A stretch of DNA of 64,000 nt from Phallusia mammillata. Lineage: Eukaryota. Positions within the stretch are counted from its first letter, which is position 1. The number at the start of each line of letters is the position of its first letter. The stretch covers positions 25,110,001 to 25,174,000 of the forward strand of contig OZ281497.1 of the NCBI GenBank assembly GCA_965637545.1, written 5' to 3'. Shown piece after piece: positions 47,973 through 60,100 of this stretch. The notes beneath the pieces are model-generated. The model was not told where the DNA came from and searched no databases. It was given only the letters and a program-made list of their open reading frames with translations. The position numbers were made by a program, and so were the translations under genes.

Positions 47973-50900
47973 ACCTAAATCGTCAAAAGTTGGACATGTT
48001 AAGAATAAATGCGGAAACGACAAATTATATTCGGAATAATTTGTTAAATTCTGTACAAGACATCTAAACAACAATATATAGATGTTCAAAACTTAATACT
48101 TTGGTACAGAACGTTTGGGGCATTTATAATGGGAGTTATAACTGGCAAAAAGCAAAATAGCAAGATTACAAGCTGTTTGAAGCCGAAGTTGGTGGAGTAG
48201 AGTAAAGGCTTTGTTGACAGAATTGCAACAATTTCAAAGGCTTTGGTTTACCCGTCGATGTAGCAGTTTTCTAGGTTAGTTGATGGACAAGTGTCTAGCA
48301 GGGATGTGCCTGTATGAATTGCCTACATTCCCAGTGAGTTGTTTGGGTGGACTACAAGGATCAAGAATTTGTTTTAGAACGATACACGGCAGCGGGTCTT
48401 GTCATAAACAACGCATGATCAATTGTTTTACTTTTTTCATTTTTACTGTGCTGAAATTTTACGGCAAGGCTGACATGGAGAATACTGTATACTGTTTTAT
48501 TGTAATTCTTATTCGCGCTTTTGGGGCAAATATAATTTTTCCAATGATTAGGAGACAGAATTGTACATGTAAACAACCAAAAATTGGCAAGTAGCAAAAT
48601 TACCAAAACTCTTTGACAAACTCGAATTTTCGCCAATTTGACTTTTTAACATTGCGCAACCAGTAGCCAAAGCGAGTTCACACTTCTGAATTTACAAAAT
48701 TAGAATAAACCATGAACAGCTATTATGTCTGTGTTGCTTGTCCCATGGAGTCGTTTTTCGTGTTAACGCATGTACAAAATACTTTTCTTTTGTGTGCTAC
48801 TTGTAACACAACCATTTCGTTTAGGGTGTGGACATTCTCAGATACAATATGTTGTGGAATGTGGACCCATGTGGCCTAAAGGCGTCAAACATTTTTTTAA
48901 CGTATCAGGTTCTTGGTACTGGCTGGATGTCAGGTTGACAAAAAGTTAAAAAGGTGTCACTTCCCATAAGCTTTTACAAAATGTCTTGTTTTACAAACGA
49001 TATTGTAGACCATGTTGGGAGAAAGAGAATATAAGGGTAGGAGGTTATGACACACCTTCTTTGGTGATCAAATGATCAAACTGATTTCTAGCCGATTGGG
49101 TCGGTCATTCATTTAAGGGGCGTAATTATAAAAGCAGCGTACCTCAGTAATGTATTTCTTACGACCCAAATATATGCATAACTTTCATATAAAACAACTA
49201 ACTTTAAATTTTTGGTTAATTACTTGAACTTTTAAGACAATTCAAAAACTATTATAAAGGGGTAAAACTTACATCTTTTGAGACATGCATGATCCGGAAC
49301 GAATTCTTGCTTGTTGGATTGATGAGACAAGAGTCGGACAGTATGTTCGTTGATTTGACATGTTTACTGTGGTTATCTTTGGTAACATTTAGGTGGTTTT
49401 CTCTATTTGTTTAAATGATCAAATCAATTGAAATTCCAAACGTTTCATTCCGATTTCAACATAAATCTGTTGATTGTTCTCCGTACTTCCTATGACAAGT
49501 TAAAAATACCATTCCAGCCACGTATCATCGGGTCTTTGTCCGGAAAAACACTTTAATTTACTTTACCCACGAATAGGTACATACTAATCATGTGTTCGTC
49601 GACATCCAGAGTGTCATAGTGATGAAAATCCGTGGGAGCAGCATGTCCTTTTAAAATAACTCACATAAGTCGCTAATTTAAGCTATCATGTTGGTATTCT
49701 TGTGGACACGTTCGAGGTAAATAATCAGAACGACGAGCGGGCGGGATTTGCTTTTGAGCACACGAGCTCACACAATATTTGTCGCGCAAATAAACTGACA
49801 TGCGACTAGATGATCGCACTTTCATACCTGAGCCCACACCCAGAACCGATACTCGAAATGGGTAGGAGAGTCACTACTGTCAATCTCATCCAACCTTATT
49901 GTCCTTGAAGGAAAGTGTCAATCGGCCAGCACGCCCAGACAAGCATTGTGTCATCGTTGCGCCAAGTAGAATGCTAATCGCCTGACAAGATATTGTTTAC
50001 CTTCAGACGCGCGGTCAATCAACCATTCCACACCTTTGCTTGTCATGTGACGGGGGATGATAGTGGGTTGACGGGGGCCAACGACCTAAAATCGACCCTG
50101 CGGCCTTTACTATTAAACTGTTGATAGTAAATTTGCGATGCTTTTTTCTGTTTGATGAACCCTGAAAAAGGTATGTGTCGTTGTGTCAAGTTTAATCACG
50201 CCCGAAAGACCAATTTGCAGTAATTCCCTTTGTCCCTTGGATTTCCCCATCTAGTTTCTGTCCCCTTTTTTGTTATACCTGGAAAGCATTGCCTAATTAA
50301 CTTATGCTAGTATGTATTTTGTTTATCAAGACATGTAAGTTTTTTTAAATGTTATTTAACACATTTGCTGTGAATAACCCCTATGGTACAGGAATCTTGC
50401 ACAAGTTAACAATGGACGTGTATGAAATAAAACATTATTATACATAACCTTACGTTCAGCATCTTTACTCACCTCACAGACCCCATAAGAACTTAACTTG
50501 TATCGCATTCTTAGCATTAAAAAAAGGCTTTCACACAAGCATTTGCCTCAAAACTGCATCGATGACGTGTTCTTTTTTATGATTAAATTTTTCATTTTGA
50601 TCACGGTTACGGTATCTTCCTTTTGTTTTTATTTCCAAAAACGAAATTCAAAAATTGCCGTGACTTTCTAAATGCATATTTCCTACGCGGGAAATTTTTG
50701 ATACAATTCGGTGGTTTTCCCAATTTGACCAAAACCACATACGTGCTTATCCTGAGATATATTTGTAGCTGTTTCAAATTACCACACTTGTAAACATCTA
50801 AAGCTGCAATATAACGTTGTTTACATAAAAATATAGTATTTATTTTTTTTGTCTAAATACGTATTTTGTTGATATTGACCAAAAATGTGTATTGTTTCGT

Positions 50901-51120
50901 TAGTATAAACAAAATCCTGACATGGCAAAGTACATGGTTTTGGCGGTTAAATTGCAATTGCAAAAATGCAAACCTACTTTTCACATGGTGCAAAAAGCAC
51001 ATGTATACTTCAATTTTTTTAGAGTTATTTTGAGAAAGTCACTTTTAAACTTTGTTCAGTGGAACTTAAGACGTTAATCTTCCCACAGACTGGAAAAATA
51101 TGTTTTTATTTTCAGGTAAA

Positions 51121-54100
51121 ATGGCAAAAATTGTAACAGATCTTCCTGATGATTTGTGGATTTCTGTGTTTCATTGGTTGGACATTGCCGACCTAACAAT
51201 TCTATTTGCAGTGTGTGGAAGGTTTCTCAAGCTTGCATCATGTAATACTCTGTGGAAAAACTTAGAAGCACAATTTATCAATGTTTCTCCAATGGAGAGG
51301 TAATAAAATGTTTTTTTTTATGCGAACATTTAACAACACTTTGTAGTAAAAGGTAAGGTTTTTTAGTGTATTACTTTATTATTGTTGAAAAAGGTTATTG
51401 TCCGGATTTTAGGCCAAGTTTGAATCTTACAGATTCTGAAATTCAGTGAAAAATGTATACACTTGTCACACACCAGTTTGAGATGTTCATAGGTTTTTAT
51501 GCTGACATTCAGCTCACATGTATATATTAGTGTGCATAAAGAATCTCCATGACAAATGTTACCCTTTACAGGATTATTTTATCTTAAAAATTCATATCAT
51601 GTATAGATTTTTTACCACCTTGTTTATAGGTGTTAGTTTACTTTTGAAAAAAAAATGATATGGCATGTTGTCGCTCGATGGGTTTACCTCTGTTATTATT
51701 GACATCTGGTTATGATTTTACAGATTTCAAATCAAAGATCTGTGCAGAATATCTCGAAAGTGGAGCAAGGGGCAAGGATATCAATTTCGACTGCAACATT
51801 TTAATGAAAAGTGTGTTGTCCTTTCCAACACTTTCAAATATTTATTTGTGTGTGTGTTGCATGTGCAAAGAAATTTTTTTAACTCTTTTAAACATGCTTA
51901 CCAAGTTTAGAAGTTTATTATTTGCAATGCTTTAGTTATGGGACCCATAATACCAGTACATGTATAACAAATTCTAATGAATATATTCACAGTTTCATGC
52001 CATGGACACAACTTAGTGATGACAAAAGTTACTTTTTTCTTTCCACTGGTTCATCAATTCAAAGTTGGAAACTGAAACAACAGCTGAGGCGATCAGGAAA
52101 ATCTATATTATATGCCAACAGCTATGCAAAGTTCGAACCCAAACCAGGCTGCGATATTAACAAGTTTTGTGTGCATAGTGACATGATGATTGGTGCTGGG
52201 TGGTAAGTTGTTTTCACAATGTTTAACCTGCTTTTTTTAAAGTCATCTGATGTGGAATGGGATAATATGAAATGCTACTGAACTTTATTGCTGCATCTGC
52301 AAAAAAATGTAAAAATCCAAATTGCTAAAATCTCTTTGAACAACTGTGATACTGTATAAATTATAAATATTTTATTGATCATTTAAATGCCAAAAAAAAT
52401 TCTTTGATTTGTTGCTAAGTCTACTGTGTTGTAAAGAAGCAAAACCCACCTAAGTTTGCATTGACAACAACCTTTTATTTTTTTGTTTAACATAATTACT
52501 GCATCAATTTTTTCAGCAAGGGAAACATCTATTGGAAGAAAACAAATGGAAAAGAAAGTTGGAAGAATTTAAATTCTCACCATTCTGACATTTTTGCTTT
52601 AGACTTTAGGGAAAAGTCTCTTGTAACAGGTTCCAGGGGCTGTCTAAAGGTATTGTTTTAAGTGTTTTTATTTCGTTTGCTATTGTTGTTTGTTTGTTAT
52701 ACATTTTCAGTGTTTATTCTGATTATCTTTTTATCTGTTTGCAACTATTTGTAACAATAGTTTTGTCAGACTAGACATTAAATTTTTTGAAGCCTCTCTT
52801 CGTAAGTGTTAGATTTACCCCGAAGTCGTGCTTACTCTCCGTATGCCCAGCCCACTTTTTGTGAGCTTCTATCACATTGCACTTCATAGGTGGTGTAGCT
52901 GCAGCGCTTTTGCCATCGTCCATCATTTGTGCCCTCCACTGTTTTTGCCCTTCATAACTATTTAACGTTGCGCAGCTATTTTCGGCTTGTTGATTGTTAC
53001 ATCGCAACCGTGAATCTATGGTTTCTGTACCGAGCGAACTAAACTTAAATTATAAAGTTTGCTTAATAGAAATGGTCGCCATGTTGTTATGTTGTTCGCT
53101 GGTGGGGGTGAAGTATACGCTGCTTTGTACTAGTTTCTGAAATTTGTGTTTTGACTACTGCATAGGCATGGAAGATTGCTGAGGATTTATCGTTCATCAC
53201 TTGTTTATCATCTGTGAAGTTCGGTGACAAAGTTTGCTCTCTCGAGATGAATCCAGTGAAACCGTAAGTGAAAGTCCTTTATCTAATTCTAAATCAATGT
53301 TTCTCACACTTTTTGTACAGCCACCTTGACAGCATGTTTTTAAAGCGAAACCTCTGTTGATGCTTGATTAAACGTAGGGAAGATATGTTAAATTAGTTTT
53401 TATGCAGCAAAATACTCCTGGTTTAAAATAAAAATTATTCTGGGTTTCGGCGAGACTAGAACGCTTATCTTGCCTATTCTTGTCTTGGCCTTGATCTTTT
53501 GCTTCGACATTTTAGATCGATTCGTCCGATGTTTTCATAACCTATTAATAATGATTTTACAGAAAATCGTTTTGGTATTTGCAATTCTCGATTGACTGCA
53601 GAAAATAAACTAAAAATACAACAAAATTTATGCTGTTACCCAGTAACCTCTTTTTTAAATCAGTTGTATTTACCTTAAAATGTAAAGATCAAACGTTGGG
53701 AAACTTTTTCTAATTATATACTAAATAAAATACACAGTTAATGCTTTAACCACAACAAAATAAACCAAGTAAAAAACTCTGTAGATATATACATCTGAAT
53801 AAAACTCTTTTGTATACTTTGACAAAAGTCTTTGGGTAGTGGGATCAAATACCGCCACTGACAGTCTGTTTGGCTTGCACAACCTTTTCACATGTACTGA
53901 TATTTGGTAATGCTTTAATGTCATTTCTTTCTCACCTTAATGTCGTTTGACGTCAGTGCAGTCCAGCCAACGCGTTTAAATGATAACACAATAAAAATAT
54001 TCATTCACAAATGCCGTGACATTTACTCAAACACCTTCAACAAATTAACTACAATCGATTTATCCTGAGCGCTAGAATCAACATGACGCAGCGATTGACT

Positions 54101-57100
54101 GCCGACGATCCATAAACAACATACACAATAATCACAAACACTGGAAATGTACATCTTTTTCAAACCGCTGACATTTCTTGTTCAAACTCGGCTCGGTGCT
54201 TGAAATGCCGTTCGGTGCAATATGGAGTGGGTTACCAAGCATGTATTTTTTGTAACGGAAACGCGTTTTCGTGTGCTCTGCTTCGACGTTAATCACAATG
54301 GAAAAATGTTTTGACCTTGTCATAGCTACTACGTCACAACCATCGATAATGATTCGTGTCATGCTGCTTATTTTGATGTATCCTGTCACCCGCAAGTGTT
54401 GGTAATACACCGAGGTGTTTGAAAGAAAAAAAGGGATATATATTTGCTAAGCTGTCCAATTGCAGGTTTATTTCGTAATAGTGATTTATATGGTCACGTA
54501 ATAGGCGATTTAAATATAGTTTAAAATACTTTTGTCGTGTCCCCGATGATTTACGTGACATTGTCGTAAAACGCAATGTTGCTAGTTGATTTGTTCTATT
54601 CTACGTACATTACGAGGAAACTATTCTTGATATTTTTAGAGTCCACAACCATTTTCCGGACAAACACAATGTGCATATCCTTTATTCTGCAGTACGTACG
54701 GCTTACGCGCACATCCTTTATTATTTTCGATTTTGTTGCCAAGAAAGCCCATCTTGCTTTTCTCATTTAAAATTTCCCACTTCCACTTCCCATTAAGCTG
54801 TAAAGCTGGAATATCGTTACTTTCGTTAAATATCGCTTTATAATATCACCTGACGAGATGCTATTTAAACGAAACGTGTCCCGGATATTGGGTATTTCCT
54901 GCTACTTATGACCTATTTTCAAGGTTTCGTTTCAAATGCCTGATCATCTCATAGGTATAACCATAAAGTGTATGTGACCTGATAAACGACAAGACACTTA
55001 AATGACGAAATAATGCCTTGTTCCGGACCTATGTTAGACGTATTTGCTTCATTTCTTATTTCCGTTCAGGTTTTGGCAAGTCCGTCTTTTGCCCTGCTTT
55101 GCAGCATGCTTCAAAAATATTTTAATGACATTTTGTTGAAAGTTACTCGTTAGAAGCTAATTCGTACGTTGGTATGATCAAAAAAATATGTCTTCTTTAC
55201 CCCATGGTAGATTTCATAGAAAAATTTTCTTGACTTTTTTAAGTTTGTTTAACATTTGAAAAACTAAACAAATAGTCTTATGTTTATTTCGACGGATTCT
55301 CCACTGACCCTGTGTGGCCCAATTGGTGAAGCGCGAGTCCCGGAATGACTTCTGTCGTGGGTTCGAATCACACCGCAGGCTAGATTTTTCCAGTCGGTGT
55401 CTTGCCATATGGGAATGCTTAGGGTACCGGCTTGATTCGGTATCACGCCTTTAATGGGCCTGGCGTACAATTATTTCCTAGGTACATAACTTTTTTTGCC
55501 TTGGGTTTAAATCATTCTCATTGGGGTCTTTGGTTTAGCGCAATACCGTTTCTGACATTGGGGACTTTAGCCGTTTTAGCGTTTCCCACCGTTGTGTATG
55601 GTAATCGCGAACTGACGTCTCAAGTGGTTGGAAAGCGCGAATCCGGTTGCCTGGCGTCACCGGCGGTTGCCACGACGACGCGATTTTAAGAGATGACGCG
55701 CGGTCTTGCCGATTTGTCAGGATATCGTTTAATCGATTCTTCAAACATCTTACTCTTATTTTCGTCCCACTGACGTGCCACAAAATCAGGATGAGGTTTA
55801 GGTACGATTCTGACGCAACAAAGTGTTGTTGAACGCTACTGGTTGTCATGCCAACGTTTGGACTTTGATCGAGTTATTTTACGTTCTAGTTATAATATCC
55901 CGCAAAGAACTGACGCACTTTCACAATAGCAATGTGCGTAATTTATAAACAAACAGCCCAAAAGGTTAAAACTAACACAAACAGGTGCTTAATTGAAAAG
56001 CGTTTTTTTCTTTCTTTGGTTGGTCCCTACGTTTTCTATGACAGTTCAAAATGCAATTCCAAAATTTGTACAAGCTTTGTGCAGTATTAAACCGTGGATT
56101 CATACAGTACCGTGATTTTTTTCAAACATTTCTGCTAAAGCATTTTTAGCAAAGATGTCCATCGCTTTGAGATTACAAAAACCAACGCTTCTATCCTTGT
56201 TTATTATTTCTTTTGCTTTGATCACCACTACTGTACGTAGTGAACTAATTGAACTTCCGATCACGATAATGTCAATGAGAAGATCAAGGTGTCAATAGAT
56301 ATTAGCCGACACCGATTTCCTACTTAAACCACAGTCTGCAGTTCTGTCTCGCCGCCGAACTTGTAGTCTTACGTGCAAGTTTGTTATCTCTTAAACTGTA
56401 TAGTATTTGTGCCCAGTAGTTAGATTACATCGAAATTTAACCAAAAGTCTTTGAGGACTTCGAATGCACCATGAATACGTGAAATCCATGTTGTTTGCCA
56501 TACTTATAAACGGTACAGTAAAATAACAGTTGTTTTTGTTTTTTTGCAAGGCGGTTTGCGTACAAAATAAATCTGTTTTAACGCAAATTAATTGAGTAAG
56601 TTTAGCAAAAATATACCTAATTTGTACCTACATGGAGGCAAAGTTTGTTGGATAAATACCCCATAACACAATATCACCACATGCAAACATAATATGGGAT
56701 GTTGCCTTGACTGGAATGCGTTTGTACCAAAGTCAACTCTGGTGCATATTATGCACTCTTATCTAATGTGTCACTGTTTGTATTCACTTGAGTTAGATTC
56801 CAATGTCAACGTACCACCCACGTCGCTTCACGCCCGTCTTGTGTATTTGCAAATCCGCGGTGTGTAAGCGGTTGGCTGCATGCGGCCTGAAACAAACTAG
56901 CTGTCGAGAGAGTTTCGCCCGGCGTTTGCAGTTCCACGAGCCCTTGTCTGTGAAAGCGTTGTGGCCGCTTTGAACGCAGACTGCGAGTTGTTGCGCTCTG
57001 CGAGTAAGGAGAAAGAGTTTTCGGACCGGCACTGAGTTTTGACAATAACTTTTACAGCATACGGGAGTTACCGACATTGCACGAAAGCAGACTGCGATTT

Positions 57101-60100
57101 GGGGACGCTAACATGCAAATTAGTTGCTATTTGAATGTTAATGATCAATGTATATGTCATCGCGTTCAACTTTTGCTTGTTTGCAATCTAACTTGAGTCA
57201 CAAACTGGTTTCACGTTAAACCGCGACAAACTCAACGCAATGGCTCCAACTGCTTTGTAAAAACGGAAATCATTTTTACAATCTCGCCAAGTTTTTGGAC
57301 CAGTCCAGAACGGTCCTCTTTTTTAAACTAAAATTTGTGACACTTACAGACCACCTGGTAGAAGCATTTTCCTAATAATATGACATCATTTAACAAATTT
57401 GTCATTCAACTGTTGTAATGCTAAACAAAATACTAGTTGTTTTTTCAAGAACCTATATTTTACTGACGTTTCGCCCACCAGAACGGTAGGGCTTCTTCAG
57501 AGCAATGAATGATATATTGCGAGCACACAAGCAAAAATGCACTAAAGGACATTTTTAATACTACGTCATTTAGTTCTAATTCAAGTGAAAACGTTAAAAC
57601 GATTTGCTCATAACAATCGCATTTAAACATCCTAGCCCATTGCTAATCTATGTTGCTTAATTGCGAAAGCTTCTGTGCTAGAATAAAAACAAAAACCGCC
57701 AATCTAGAAAGAAAACTTCTGTGCGTTAAGAATTTAAAAGCAAAAGTGTGCACATTTGTGTGTGAAATTTGGTCGAAAACCGCTTGACCTTGTTGACTGG
57801 TCGTTTCCATCGTTTTTGTCGCGGTTTGCCATGTTGGTACTTTCTCGCCGAAACCTGAAAGTCTGAGTCGATCACGATCGACCAGTAATCGTGATGCGTT
57901 GTAGCGAAAAACCTTGATTGAAATCGAGATAAGATAAGTTGGGTTTATTAAACTAGTTATAACTTGTGATCAGCGATTATCCTCACTGCAACGTCTGGCT
58001 TCATGAACGGTTGGTTTTTCTAGCTTTGTCGCTATTCATAGATGGTGAAAAAAGGAGAAAAAATGGATAGTTTTAGGCAGAAATATTACAAAACTAAAAC
58101 GTGCTATTGTTTTTACACTTTATTTTGCTTATTATAACGTTTGCTTTTTTAAAATGTTTTTATTACTGATGCTGAGAGTAAGCAAAGTGTTCAACTTTAT
58201 GCAAAATCAAGTTAAACAAAACCGTACAAACCTATCACTTTACATTGACAAATGGCCTGATGTTAGACTTTGCACACGGTGTTTAAGACTGACCGGTATG
58301 AGGTATTTTTATGACTTGAAGCGATTCTTGTTTTACCACAAGAATGACAAACACGTTGTTGCTACTTTTTGGTTTTAAGTTTATAAACCACAATGTTAAG
58401 TGTTTTTCCTAGTGGCATTGCGTGGGTGAACAGCAGCACGTCACACTTAAGTGAAGGTTCGATTGTAAAAACTCATTTCTCATTCCTTTTTACAAGGTGG
58501 TCCTTCTAAAAACACAAGTTGTGCGTTTAATTTCGCTGATTCCAAGTTTGTAGTTGCCCATAATTAACTTTCGTTTATTATTTTTTTGTTTATTTGCCTT
58601 TTATTGTGGAATTCTTCTTAGTGAGCGATTGCATGTTTAGGTTTTGAAGCGATCTTTGTGTAGTAAACTGTTTAAAATTTTGAAATAGTTTTAAATTGTT
58701 AAATAGACTGTAAATTTTTTTATGTTTTGAAGTGTAAATATGTTTAAAAATAGCTGCAATAGTAGTTAAACAGAAACACAAAAAGCCTGACATGTGTGTA
58801 ACAGTTATATACGCTTTGTTAAACTCATAAAAATGGCTGTTTGTCTGGAAGATTCCCCCTTCCAACGCCCCCCCCCCCCCTCCCAAAATAAAATAAAATT
58901 GCGTAGTTACGTAATATCAAAAAGACATAGATAAATCATAAGTGAAAAACTCTAAGAGTCTAAAATCAATCGGAAACCGCATGAACTGGCAACTTAAAAG
59001 CGACAAAAATGGTTGCTATGTTGTGTTTTCTCACCACATCTCATTGCCAAATCTCCGCTGCCCTGATCAAAGCCTAAGGGGGGCGCGTTTTGACTTTCGA
59101 TTGCTCTGATTTTACCGTCGGATGCGATTTTGTCTATTATCGTTGATTTGATCGTCCGACTATGTGCTGTGGTCTAGCGGCTTCGTCACTGCGCAAACGT
59201 GCACACGAGCTTTGGGGAAAACGTTTCTTAGCCATATTCGGCATCAAATTGCATGCGAAGTGATTCACAATTCGGTCTACATTGTTGTTAATTTTGTGTT
59301 TTTTTTTACCTTTTTACGAGAGATAGATCGTGTCTCACATAAACCAGGTTATGATTTTGAAACTACATACGAGCTATGCCTCGCAACACACCTTGCAACA
59401 CATGCATCAGACTTTGGCGATTTTAAAGAAGTTTTCTTCAAAAAAAACACGGAGAACTTGGCTCAACGGTGCCAATGACTGCGGTCAGCATTGGTCAGTT
59501 CTGTCCATTGACAAAATGTGCACACCAATTAATTTTGTTAAGTTCTTGAATGCACTTTGAAAAAGCAACGTTCTTTTTTGTAAACTAAAAAAAATTCACA
59601 AAAAAAAGTTCCGAGCTTTTTTAGCGTCGGGAATTCCCCGGCGTATGACGTCACACTTTGCTATTTTCTGCAAAAAAACGCGCCTGATGACGTCACACAC
59701 TCGAAAGGAAACCGAATCGAATTCATCCTGGAGCTCGGAGTTCATTATTTCGGCCTCGATCGTCTTGTAACGACTCGATAAGACCTCAGCCACTTGTCGA
59801 GCGATTTGGTGAAATTGTCTGTAACCCGACACCCTATGTTGTTCTGCGTCTTGCTATCTCTGTCCACATGACATACAACAAACCGATGATCGGCATTTTT
59901 GTGCGTATTTTGCTCATTCTGCCGTCGACCACGCAACGCAAAGTTGCATGTACTTAGACTGTTTTAGGGACAGCATTTTTTAGGGGGTTGAAAATTTGTC
60001 TATTTGTGTATGTGCTTAAAACTGCGCAATGAAAATTTGACGTTTCAATTGGTTTACGGAATAAATTTATTTCGTTTTAACTTCACTTGAAAATATTGTG

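Noticed and set aside
48100-48450. Purine-rich stretch that looks like a decayed coding or retroelement sequence
   Set aside because: All frames are interrupted by stops and no RT or transposase motif is recognisable.
55305-55380. Possible tRNA gene
   Set aside because: A and B boxes are present, but there is no clean cloverleaf, and it continues into a body shared with 11451-11620, so it is a SINE.
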